Shown here: in pieces, positions 8,464 to 16,662 of the stretch
Layout: the number at the start of each line of letters is the position of its first letter
Position numbering within the stretch: position 1 is the first letter of the stretch
Origin: a bacterium
GTDB taxonomy: Bacteria; Patescibacteriota; Patescibacteriia; Patescibacteriales; GWC2-42-12
Direction: 5' to 3'
Length of the DNA stretch: 64,000 nt
Assembly (NCBI GenBank): GCA_030650415.1
Contig: JAUSEG010000017.1
Coordinates: 16,885 to 80,884, forward strand
Translations under genes and position numbers: made by a program
Notes under the pieces: model-generated
Databases searched by the model: none
Told to the model about the DNA's origin: nothing
The model's input: the letters and a program-made list of their open reading frames with translations, nothing else

Positions 8464-8645
8464 GTCGTCGTTTATTGATTTAAACTTATCTTCAAGACAT
8501 AATTATTATAGATTAATAAGCCGGAAGTTACAATATATGGGCAAAATCAAAGAAAACATTTTCGAACTCCCAATAAATCGCTTACCTAACGAAAAAGCAG
8601 GCGTTTTATCACCTGCTCGTTCTGCATTGTTCGGGGACCAGGATT

Positions 8646-8798
8646 TTCACCCCGTCAAATAGTAAAGTTTTCTTCACATCGTTCGGGGACCAGGATTCGA
8701 ACCTGGATTAATGGCTTCAAAGGCCACTGTCTTACCATTGGACGATCCCCGAACGATATGAAGAAATTATATTAATAATTTTTATTTGACGGGGCAGG
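8646..8798 (-). mobile_element. Hairpin-bounded 153-nt element carrying a complete tRNA-Gln (family E, copy 1)
   Basis: Sense-strand termini are CCTGCCCCGTCAAATA ... TATTTGACGGGGTGAA (12-bp inverted repeat). The inner 13-bp stem TTCTTCATATCGT/ACGATGTGAAGAA flanks the tRNA. The termini match 22573..22676. Confidence 0.6.
8682..8752 (-). tRNA. tRNA-Gln (anticodon UUG)
   Basis: Acceptor TCGGGGA/TCCCCGA, anticodon arm GTGGC-CTTTGAA-GCCAT, T-arm CCAGG-TTCGAAT-CCTGG, 71 nt, discriminator A. Confidence 0.9.
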
Positions 8799-9104
8799 CC
8801 TGGATTAACGGCTTCAAAGGCCGCTGTCTTACCATTGGACGATCCCCGAATGTTGAGATGATTGTTAAATTATCTCTGGAAAACTAAGCAAAATCCCGAA
8901 AACTCGGGATATTGTTATCATAAAATATTATTTGATTTTTGTAAACCCCAGTTAAATATTTTTTAGCTATTATTAGCTTCGCCATAATAAAAGCGTATGT
9001 TTTGCTATCTGCTGTTGATATATTTATTTTTAACGGAGCGGGGTTGTTCTGGATTTTATTTTGAGCTATGATATAATATAAGATATAAAAAATAATTATA
9101 TTAT

Positions 9105-9422
9105 ATGCCAGAAAGACCCGAAGAACAATTAGATTTTTTTAATAGAACAGACAGGCAGCCGGCGCAGAAAAATGGCGCGGTAGAAGCTGGAGCGCAAAAA
9201 AGAGATAAAATGATACCGCCGATATTTAAGCCAGAAGATATAAAAAAAATTTTTGGTGAAAACGAAATAGCGCCGGCGGGAGAGTCTGAAAAAACCACTC
9301 CGGAAAAAAATGTTAGGGAGCCGAGAAGTCATCCGAGGAAGATGCCTTTGAATTCTGCTGAAAAAAGTTTAGGCTGGGCGGGTCGTTACTGGGGTAATAA
9401 CCCAGATGATTCTAAGCAATAA
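9105..9422 (+). CDS. Hypothetical low-complexity protein upstream of htrA-like gene
   Basis: 105-aa ORF ending 11 nt before the protease gene. An extended -10 (tgatataat, ~9069..9077) lies upstream. No recognisable domain. Confidence 0.35.
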   Translation: MPERPEEQLDFFNRTDRQPAQKNGAVEAGAQKRDKMIPPIFKPEDIKKIFGENEIAPAGESEKTTPEKNVREPRSHPRKMPLNSAEKSLGWAGRYWGNNPDDSKQ

Positions 9423-9433
9423 TTATTAATTTT

Positions 9434-10555
9434 ATGATAAAAAAATATTTTATAATTAGCGTGATGTTATTAGTCGGATTGATCGGCGGTTTATTTATTA
9501 ATTTTTATTTACCTAAAACGACCAGTGTGATAGCCGATAATCTGCGCTTGGATGATCAAGAAGCGACGATTAGGGCGATTAATAAAGTTATGCCCGCAGT
9601 AGTAAGCATAATTATAATTGATCAACAAATCTCGGTTAGCGTAGATTTAAATACCGGCCAGCAAACCGAGAAAAAGGATAAAGTTCAGAAGGGCTCCGGC
9701 ACCGGCTTTATTATTTCGCCGGACGGACTGATTTTAACCAATAAACATGTAGTTAGCGCGGGTAACGAAAAAACCGCTGAATACAGAGTAATTTTGAATT
9801 CAGGCAAGCAATATTACGCCCAGTTAATCGGCAAAGATCCGATAAATGATCTGGCGGTATTAAAAATTTTTGATAAAAACTTGCCCTTCGTGCAGTTAGG
9901 CGATAGCGATAAACTGCAGATTGGCACGACCGCCATCGCTATCGGCAATACTTTAGGCAGATATCAGAATAGCGCTGCTAAGGGCATAATCAGCGGTTTA
10001 GGCAGAAATATCGAGGCTTCAGATCAAAGCGGCAGTCTGACCGAAACTTTAGATAATGTTATCCAGACCGACGCGGACATAAATTTAGGCAATTCGGGCG
10101 GTCCGTTGGTTGATTTGGAAGGTAATATCATTGGTATAAACGTAGCTATCGATCAATCCGGTTCGTCAGTTGGTTTTGCCATTCCGATTAACGATGCCAA
10201 GCCGGTAATAAAGTCGGTGCGTGAACTCGGCCGCATTATTAGGTCGCGGCTCGGGATTAGATATCAGATGTTAACCCCGGAGATAGCAGCCGAATACAAA
10301 TTAGCTAAAGATAGCGGCGCCTGGATATCGACCAACGAAATCGGCGGCCCAGCGGTGCTCTCGGATTCGCCGGCCAATAAAGCCGGTTTGATTCCCAACG
10401 ATATAATTATGGAAATAAACGGCATAAAACTGCAAGGCAAAACTACCCTTATGTCAGTAGTTCAAAAATATAAGCCGGGCGATAAAATTGGTTTAAGAGT
10501 TTTTCGCGATGGGAAAATTATTATTTTAACGGCCATTTTGGATGAGTTTAGATAA
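9434..10555 (+). CDS. HtrA/DegP-family serine protease with PDZ domain
   Basis: N-terminal TM helix. Triad contexts TNKHVV, DLAVLKI, GNSGGPL. C-terminal PDZ (SPANKAGLIPNDIIMEINGIKL). Confidence 0.9.
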   Translation: MIKKYFIISVMLLVGLIGGLFINFYLPKTTSVIADNLRLDDQEATIRAINKVMPAVVSIIIIDQQISVSVDLNTGQQTEKKDKVQKGSGTGFIISPDGLILTNKHVVSAGNEKTAEYRVILNSGKQYYAQLIGKDPINDLAVLKIFDKNLPFVQLGDSDKLQIGTTAIAIGNTLGRYQNSAAKGIISGLGRNIEASDQSGSLTETLDNVIQTDADINLGNSGGPLVDLEGNIIGINVAIDQSGSSVGFAIPINDAKPVIKSVRELGRIIRSRLGIRYQMLTPEIAAEYKLAKDSGAWISTNEIGGPAVLSDSPANKAGLIPNDIIMEINGIKLQGKTTLMSVVQKYKPGDKIGLRVFRDGKIIILTAILDEFR

Positions 10556-10556
10556 A

Positions 10557-10662
10557 TTATGCCCTCCTTCCAAAGGAGGGGTAGGCCTGCCCGCAACGCT
10601 TCGCTTGCGAGGCGGGCGGGGGAGGTTTAAACCCCCTTAATCCCCCTTTTGAAGGGGGATAA
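10557..10662. repeat. Cluster of GC-rich hairpin modules
   Basis: ccctccttccaaaggaggg, gcccgc..gcgggc, and atccccctt-ttga-aagggggat are the same module types seen at 26976, 44293, 45221, 50403 and 59334. Confidence 0.8.
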
Positions 10663-10665
10663 AAT

Positions 10666-10944
10666 ATGATAGAAATAAATAATTTATTTAATAATATGGA
10701 ACAACCCGAATCAATAAAAAAAGGTCTAGAGATGGGACCTCCAGTAGAAAATATCCAACGAATCAATAAAGGAGAAAAACATTTTCAAATTTTTGCCGAT
10801 GTTAATGGTGAAAGGAGGTGGGTTTTAAGTTCTATCAATGGTGTAGTTACAATAAAGGGAGATCTTTGGTCGAAAAAAATGAAACGAAAAGTGGAAGAAT
10901 TTACTGGAGAAAAATTTGAAAATCCAAATATGGATTGGGCATAG
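10666..10944 (+). CDS. Hypothetical 92-aa protein inserted in front of the ABC ATPase gene
   Basis: Its first 7 codons plus 5 upstream nt (aaaatatgatagaaataaataattta) duplicate the start of the next gene (10952..10977, 25/26 identical). Confidence 0.45.
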   Translation: MIEINNLFNNMEQPESIKKGLEMGPPVENIQRINKGEKHFQIFADVNGERRWVLSSINGVVTIKGDLWSKKMKRKVEEFTGEKFENPNMDWA

Positions 10945-10956
10945 TAGAAATAAAAT

Positions 10957-11661
10957 ATGATAGAAATAAAAAATTTAACAAAAAAGTTTGGTCAAAACTT
11001 GGTTTTAGATAACTTAAGTTTTTCTGTGGCTAAAGGCGAAATCTTGGGTTTTCTCGGTCCGAATGGAGCCGGCAAGACTACGACCATGAAAATTATTACT
11101 TCTTTTTGGCCGGCGACGTCAGGCCAGATTTTAATCGACGGATTGGACACGGCCGTAAATTCCTTGGCTACGAGAAGAAAGATCGGCTATTTGCCGGAAA
11201 CTGTGCCGCTCTATGAGGATATGAGAGTTTTTGAATATTTAAAGTTTGTGGCGGAAATCCGCGGATTGGAAAAATTCAAGATTATGCCCAGATTAAAAGA
11301 AGTGGTTTCGCTTTGCGGTTTATCTAAGGTTTGGCGCCGGCCGATTGACGAGTTGTCAAAGGGTTTCCGCCAGCGCGTGGGCTTGGCTCAAGCGATTATG
11401 CATGAGCCGGATATTTTAATTTTAGATGAACCGACTACCGGTTTAGACCCGAATCAAATAGTGGAGATCCGCGATTTGATTAAAACCATCGGCCGAGAAA
11501 AAACCGTGATTTTTTCCACCCATATCTTAAGCGAGGTTAGCGCCACCTGTAATCGCGTGATAATTATTAATAATGGCAAGATTGTCGGGCAGGGGAGTCC
11601 GGCGGAGCTGGAGAAACAATACGGCAACCTGGAGCAGGCGTTTAGGGAATTAACGAAATAA
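10957..11661 (+). CDS. ABC transporter ATP-binding protein (ABC-2/GldA-like)
   Basis: Walker A GPNGAGKTT, signature LSKGFRQR, Walker B ILILDEPT. Heads a permease/GldG-like/DUF4340-like operon. Confidence 0.9.
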   Translation: MIEIKNLTKKFGQNLVLDNLSFSVAKGEILGFLGPNGAGKTTTMKIITSFWPATSGQILIDGLDTAVNSLATRRKIGYLPETVPLYEDMRVFEYLKFVAEIRGLEKFKIMPRLKEVVSLCGLSKVWRRPIDELSKGFRQRVGLAQAIMHEPDILILDEPTTGLDPNQIVEIRDLIKTIGREKTVIFSTHILSEVSATCNRVIIINNGKIVGQGSPAELEKQYGNLEQAFRELTK

Positions 11662-11688
11662 ATGAAAAATGGCAATACCGTCTTAATT

Positions 11689-11880
11689 GTCATTGCGGCC
11701 TCTGAGCCGCAATCCAGGAGTGAGCAGTAAAAATAAAAATATTATAATAAAAATTAATAGCAAGTAAAATGTTTAGAAGCGTTTTTTGATAACTCGTAGT
11801 TTGTGCGGTTTACTCCTGGATTCCGGCTTCGCCTGCCTGATGGCAGACTCTCCGCCTGCTGGCGGAGGCCGGAATGACAG
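11689..11880. repeat. GC-rich hairpin modules
   Basis: gtcattgcggcctctgagccgcaatccagga (11689..11719). ctcctggattccggcttcgcctgcc..ctccgcctgctggcggaggccggaatgacag (11813..11880). Confidence 0.8.
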
Positions 11881-11902
11881 TATAATAAACTTTAAATTAC
11901 CT

Positions 11903-12637
11903 ATGAATAAATTGCAGTATCTAAAAATTATCTATATACTCTTTAAGAAAGAATTAATGTCCTATTTTAATTCTCCCATCGCTTATATTTTTATCGGCGT
12001 ATTTTTAATCGTCGGCAATTGGCTATTTTTTAATGCTTTTTTTCTAATTGGGCAGGCGAGCGTTAGAAATTATTTTTCTCTCTTACCCTGGATATTTTTA
12101 TTTTTATCGCCGGCTATTACTATGCGACTCTGGGCCGAAGAAAAGAAAAGCGGTACGATTGAATTTTTATTGACTTTACCCGTAACTGATTGGCAAGTGG
12201 TCTTGGCTAAATTTTTTAGCGCCTTGGCTTTTCTATTTTTCAGCTTACTGCTTTCAATCAGCATACCGTTCTCCGTGGCCTGGCTCGGTAATTTAGATAT
12301 GGGTCCGGTAATCGGCGGTTATCTGGGCGCTTTATTTTTAGGCGGATCATACTTGGCTCTAGGTTTATTTATTTCCAGTTTGACAAAGAATCAAATTATC
12401 GCTTTTATTTTAGGTTTGGTGGCTTGTTTTACTGCTTTTATTATCGGCGCGGATTTTGTTTTAGCCGGCGCGCCGGCCGCGCTCGCGCCTTTGATGAAGT
12501 TTATTGGGTTAGGCAGCCATTTTAATAATATCGCCAGAGGCGTAATTGATACCAAGGATATAATTTATTATTTATCTTTTATATTTTTATTTCTCTGGCT
12601 TAATGTCAGGGTAATCGAGAAAAGAAGTTGGAAATAA
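11903..12637 (+). CDS. ABC-2 type transporter permease (GldF-like)
   Basis: The track ORF starts at 11786 inside repeat modules. The ATG at 11903 (MNKLQYLKIIY...) gives a 244-aa six-TM permease. Confidence 0.8.
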   Translation: MNKLQYLKIIYILFKKELMSYFNSPIAYIFIGVFLIVGNWLFFNAFFLIGQASVRNYFSLLPWIFLFLSPAITMRLWAEEKKSGTIEFLLTLPVTDWQVVLAKFFSALAFLFFSLLLSISIPFSVAWLGNLDMGPVIGGYLGALFLGGSYLALGLFISSLTKNQIIAFILGLVACFTAFIIGADFVLAGAPAALAPLMKFIGLGSHFNNIARGVIDTKDIIYYLSFIFLFLWLNVRVIEKRSWK

Positions 12638-12649
12638 TATTTTTTTATT

Positions 12650-14173
12650 ATGAAAATTAATAAATTTTTTGCCAAAGCCAATTTAAGCATTACCGTTGCT
12701 ATCGTCATCGGCATTTTAATCATGGTTAACTTTTTTTCTTATAATATATTTTATCGCTTTGATTTAACCCAGAACAAGGATTATTCAATTTCCAAAGTAA
12801 GTAAAAAAACCGTGGCCGATCTCCGGGATTTAGTAAACATCAAGGCCTACTTTTCCGCCAATCTGCCGTCGCAGTATCTTAGTTTAAGGCAGGAAGTTGG
12901 GGATATCCTTGATGAATACGCTAATTATTCGAGCGGAAAAATTAAAGTGGAATTTATTAGCCCCGGGGGCGACGAAACCGTTAAGCGCGATTTATATTTA
13001 GCCGGCATACCGGAATTGCAATTTAATGTTTTGGAAAAAGACAAATATCAGGTTGTAAATGGCTATTTAGGCATGATAATTAAATATGGCGACAAGTCGC
13101 AGGCCATACCGGTTATTGAGAGCACTCTTGACTTTGAATATCAAATTACCTCGGCCATTAAAAAATTAACTAATGATAAAATCGCCAATCTAGGTTTTTG
13201 GCAAGGCGCTGGAGCCTTGGATACGCAAAAAGATCTTACCGTAGCTTTTAAAAAACTGGAAGAAATATATAATGTCTCGGTTATAAATTTTATAGCAGAG
13301 AAAAAAATTCCCGACGACCTGGATACATTAATTATTATCGGTCCAAAAGAGCAGTTTAAAGACGAAGAATTAAAAGCCATTGATGCGTTTTTAATGAAAG
13401 GAAAATCTTTAATAATTTTGGCTGACGGGGTAACCGTTGATCAGGGTTTATCGGCTAAGAGCAACGATATCGGCCTGAATAAAATTTTAGAAAGCTGGGG
13501 GGTTAAACTTAACAACAATTTGGTGCTGGACGTTAATAATAGCCTGGCATCATTCAGCCAGGGCTTCGTTACTTTTTCAACCAACTATCCGTATTGGCCG
13601 AAGGTTATAAAGCCAGGCTTTGATCAGAATAACGTTGCCGTAGCCAGACTGGAGAGTTTGGTTTTACCTTGGACCTCTTCAATTGATGTAAATTCCGATA
13701 AAACAAAAAATTTAAAAATTTCACTTCTAGCTCAAAGTTCCGACAGAGCGATGGCGATAGCCGATAATTTTAATTTGTCGCCGCAAGCCGAAATAAAGAA
13801 TGGCGTTAGGGCTAAATTTAATTTGGCTATAGCCGCAACCGGCAGTTTCGCGAGCGCTTTCAATCAACCGAGTACGGGAGCCGGCCGCTTAATCTTAGTC
13901 GGGGACAGTGATTTTATTAATGATAATTTTTTGAGAAATTACCCGGATAATTTAGTCTTTTTTCAAAATGTGGTTGATAGTTTAGCTTTGGGCGATGATT
14001 TAATTTCCATTCGCTCAAAAGGGATAACCGAACGGCCGATTAAAGAAATAAGCGAATCGATAAAAGCCATGGTTAGATATGCCAATATTTTCGGAATAAC
14101 CGCGGTGGTTATATTATTTGGCTTAGCCAGATACTTTCTTAGAAGAAGAGGGAAGTTCGGGGAGGAGATATAA
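12650..14173 (+). CDS. GldG-like ABC-transporter auxiliary protein
   Basis: 507 aa with N- and C-terminal TM anchors around a large exposed domain. The position after the ABC-2 permease is typical of the GldG/ABC_transp_aux family. Confidence 0.7.
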   Translation: MKINKFFAKANLSITVAIVIGILIMVNFFSYNIFYRFDLTQNKDYSISKVSKKTVADLRDLVNIKAYFSANLPSQYLSLRQEVGDILDEYANYSSGKIKVEFISPGGDETVKRDLYLAGIPELQFNVLEKDKYQVVNGYLGMIIKYGDKSQAIPVIESTLDFEYQITSAIKKLTNDKIANLGFWQGAGALDTQKDLTVAFKKLEEIYNVSVINFIAEKKIPDDLDTLIIIGPKEQFKDEELKAIDAFLMKGKSLIILADGVTVDQGLSAKSNDIGLNKILESWGVKLNNNLVLDVNNSLASFSQGFVTFSTNYPYWPKVIKPGFDQNNVAVARLESLVLPWTSSIDVNSDKTKNLKISLLAQSSDRAMAIADNFNLSPQAEIKNGVRAKFNLAIAATGSFASAFNQPSTGAGRLILVGDSDFINDNFLRNYPDNLVFFQNVVDSLALGDDLISIRSKGITERPIKEISESIKAMVRYANIFGITAVVILFGLARYFLRRRGKFGEEI

Positions 14174-14180
14174 AATATAA

Positions 14181-14299
14181 AAATTTTCAATTTTCAATTT
14201 ATAATTTTCAAACAATTTTCAATGAATTAATTTCCAATTTAAAAATTGAAGAATTAAAACATTGTTTAAAAATTGAAAATTAGAAATTAGAAATTAATT
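14181..14299. repeat. AT-word palindromic element (family with 30598, 42991, 60927)
   Basis: aaattttcaattttcaattt..ttttcaaacaattttcaatgaatt ... aacattgtttaaaaattgaaaattagaaattagaaatt is an imperfect dyad directly after a + strand stop codon. Confidence 0.8.
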
Positions 14300-14304
14300 C
14301 TCTT

Positions 14305-15264
14305 ATGAATCGTAAAACATTAGTATTGGGCGGAGTATTAATAGCGCTTATAGCCCTGGCTTTCCTTTATCAAGGGCCTTTAAAAAAATGGCAAAATAGT
14401 TTAGGCAAACCGAGTAATTTTTTAGCTAAAATTGATTTAGCTAAAATTGATAAAATTGAAGTTATTTCCGGAAGTAATACCGTAGTTTTAAACAAGCAGG
14501 GAGGATTATCGGCCGGTTTGGCGCAAGCTACTTCGGCTGGCTCAGTAGAAACTAAATGGAAATATAATAATAGCAAAGATTTTTATGTTGATCCGGCTAT
14601 TATGGCAAAAGTTCTGGAAAGTTTAGATAAGGCGAAGACATCAGAGCTTGAACTAGTCAGTAATAACCCCGAAAGAAAAAGCGAATTTAAAATCGATAGC
14701 GCCGGTTTAACGGTTAGAGTCTATCAGGCCGATAAAAAGGTCGCTGATTTTATTATTGGCGGAGTGGCTAGCGGCGAATATGGCAGCTCTTATATATCAA
14801 CGCCGGAGTCGCGAGCCACCTACTTGGTTAGGGTTGATTTTATTGGCGCTTTTAGGCGGACTGAGTGGCGGGATTTAACGATTTTTTCAACCGCTCAGGA
14901 GAAATTAAATAAAATTAGATTCCAATATTCGAATCGTGAGTTTACAGTAGAATTAAAAGATGGTAAATGGGCCGGAATCTTGCCTCAAAAATTCGCAGTG
15001 AATAAAGAAAAAATTGAAAAAATAGCCCAAATTATGTCAAATTTAAAAGCCGTGGAAATTCCCGAGCAAACCTTTAGTAAAACCGGTTTAAATAAGCACC
15101 TCATAATTATAGAAGCAAAAGGCGAGGCGATTGATAATATATTGATGATCGGAGAAAATTTAGATGGGCGGTCATATGCCAAGAGAGGCGAGAGCGATAA
15201 TATATATTTAATAAATAAATCGGATCGGGATGAGCTGGATAAATGGATTTGGCAGCTGAAATAA
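14305..15264 (+). CDS. DUF4340-like protein (fourth gene of the GldG-type operon)
   Basis: 319 aa with an N-terminal TM anchor. Position and size match the DUF4340 proteins that usually follow GldG-like genes. Confidence 0.5.
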   Translation: MNRKTLVLGGVLIALIALAFLYQGPLKKWQNSLGKPSNFLAKIDLAKIDKIEVISGSNTVVLNKQGGLSAGLAQATSAGSVETKWKYNNSKDFYVDPAIMAKVLESLDKAKTSELELVSNNPERKSEFKIDSAGLTVRVYQADKKVADFIIGGVASGEYGSSYISTPESRATYLVRVDFIGAFRRTEWRDLTIFSTAQEKLNKIRFQYSNREFTVELKDGKWAGILPQKFAVNKEKIEKIAQIMSNLKAVEIPEQTFSKTGLNKHLIIIEAKGEAIDNILMIGENLDGRSYAKRGESDNIYLINKSDRDELDKWIWQLK

Positions 15265-15312
15265 TAAAAAAATAAAAAAACAAGTCTAGGGCTAAGGCTG
15301 GTTTTTTTATTT

Positions 15313-16650
15313 CTACTGGATCAGCAATTTATATAAACCCTCGATGTTGCCGACTTTACCGGAAAAATATAGAATGTCGCCATCGGCATTTAAGCCAAAA
15401 GATTCGATTAAATCGAATCTTGCCAATTCAACAATATTTCTTTTTTCTCTTTCATCCAACTCAATCGCGTTTATAGTCTGGCCGGTGGAATATATGATAT
15501 AATTTTTGTTTGGGTGCATGACGACGCTATTGATTTCTTCGCTTATTCTGGTTATTAAAGTTTGTTTTTTTGTTTCGAGATTGTACAGCCAGATTTCATA
15601 GTCTCCAGCGTACAATAAGAGGTTGTTATTAACCCAGAAAGTAGTTTTTACATTATTTATAACTTCTACCAAGGGCGAATAATTCGCGGCTAGCGGATTA
15701 ATCAGATAAAGAATTTTATGATCATTATCGTAAAGGTTAATTAAATTCTGTTCGGGGTTAATAAAAGAATAATTATTTGAGGCCGGTAGGTCGATATTTT
15801 TAATTTGCGCGCCGGTTTCTATATTTATAATTTCCAGCGAGCTGGCGGTTGGTTTCGATTGGTTAATTAAATATAGATAACGATCTTTAGTTAAGAAATC
15901 ATTAAATTTTTTATTGGCAATTATCTCGGTTGGTAAGTTAGCGCTGTTTAACCGGTAAATTGAAGTTTTGTTTTGAAAGTATAAGTTGTCGTTTTGCCAC
16001 TTATAATTAAGACCATCGAGAGGCTTATTCGGGCCGATGTTAATATTTAAATTATTTAAATCGTAAAGATAATTATCAATTATCAATTTTTGGCCATCGC
16101 CTGACCAGGTAATATTTTTTCCTTTAAGATTGTTTTGGCTGATCGATTTCTTCGTTTCATCTTCCAAATTTAAAAAAGTAATTTGGCCGGCGGATAAAAT
16201 CAAGGCTTGATTATTATTTGGTGATAAATTTATGGATTTAACTCCAGCCGGAGCGATCTGAATCGGCAGGTCGTTTTTAAACAAATAAATGTCTTCTATA
16301 AAGGTTGAAGCCCCGGGGTTGATAGACAATTTTTTTTGCCAGTTCCAGTAGCCATTAAGTTTAAGCGCCAGATCGTATTCTCCCGGCAGAAGGTTTTTAA
16401 TTTTTGCCGGCGTAGTGATAAAATCATTTTTATTGAATATGGAGCTGATGAGTTTTTTTTGAACCTGGCCGTTTATAAGTATTTTGGCGCCCCGCGGATT
16501 GGAGTCAACAATAAACATGCCGGTTCGCTGGATGAAAAAACCGTTTTTGCTTAATTTAAAACCCGCGGCGTAAAGCACAACGACCGGGGTAATTGCTAAA
16601 AACAGCAGTATAAAAATTAAACTAAGAATCCTTCTGACTTTTAATGTCAT
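15313..16650 (-). CDS. PEGA-domain protein with beta-propeller-like C-terminal region
   Basis: N-terminal TM helix. IVDSNPRGAKILINGQ...TPAKIKNLLPGEYDLALKLNGYWNWQKKLSI is PEGA-like. The remainder is beta-rich and repetitive. Confidence 0.6.
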   Translation of the reverse strand: MTLKVRRILSLIFILLFLAITPVVVLYAAGFKLSKNGFFIQRTGMFIVDSNPRGAKILINGQVQKKLISSIFNKNDFITTPAKIKNLLPGEYDLALKLNGYWNWQKKLSINPGASTFIEDIYLFKNDLPIQIAPAGVKSINLSPNNNQALILSAGQITFLNLEDETKKSISQNNLKGKNITWSGDGQKLIIDNYLYDLNNLNINIGPNKPLDGLNYKWQNDNLYFQNKTSIYRLNSANLPTEIIANKKFNDFLTKDRYLYLINQSKPTASSLEIINIETGAQIKNIDLPASNNYSFINPEQNLINLYDNDHKILYLINPLAANYSPLVEVINNVKTTFWVNNNLLLYAGDYEIWLYNLETKKQTLITRISEEINSVVMHPNKNYIIYSTGQTINAIELDEREKRNIVELARFDLIESFGLNADGDILYFSGKVGNIEGLYKLLIQ

Positions 16651-16662
16651 AGTTTAACTTAT

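Larger units (their letters stand above)
8630..8849 (-). pseudogene. tRNA-Gln(UUG)-like gene split in its T-loop by a 153-nt insertion
   Basis: 8849->8799 covers tRNA positions 1-51 (TCGGGGA..GCGGC-CTTTGAA-GCCGT..CCAGG). 8645->8630 is AATCCTGGTCCCCGAA, identical to the 3' end of the intact copy. Only AAT of the T-loop remains. Confidence 0.7.

Noticed and set aside
8453-8662. 69-aa + strand ORF ending ...DFHPVK*
   Set aside because: It has a TTG start, begins inside direct repeat copy B, and runs through the tRNA-Gln 3' fragment and the element terminus. It is produced by non-coding features.
8630-8849. Outer tRNA-Gln as a functional intron-containing tRNA
   Set aside because: No combination of junction nucleotides reconstitutes a 7-nt T-loop with the conserved TTC(R)A. 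Only AAT remains. I saw no bulge-helix-bulge motif. Left as a hypothesis to test by RNA-seq rather than a call.
14181-14299. Possible CRISPR array suggested by short repeated words (aattgaaaatt, ttagaaatt) here and at 30598, 42991 and 60927
   Set aside because: The words are arranged as inverted (dyad) arms, not as direct repeats with unique spacers of constant length. The units are under 15 nt, and there are no cas genes in the window.
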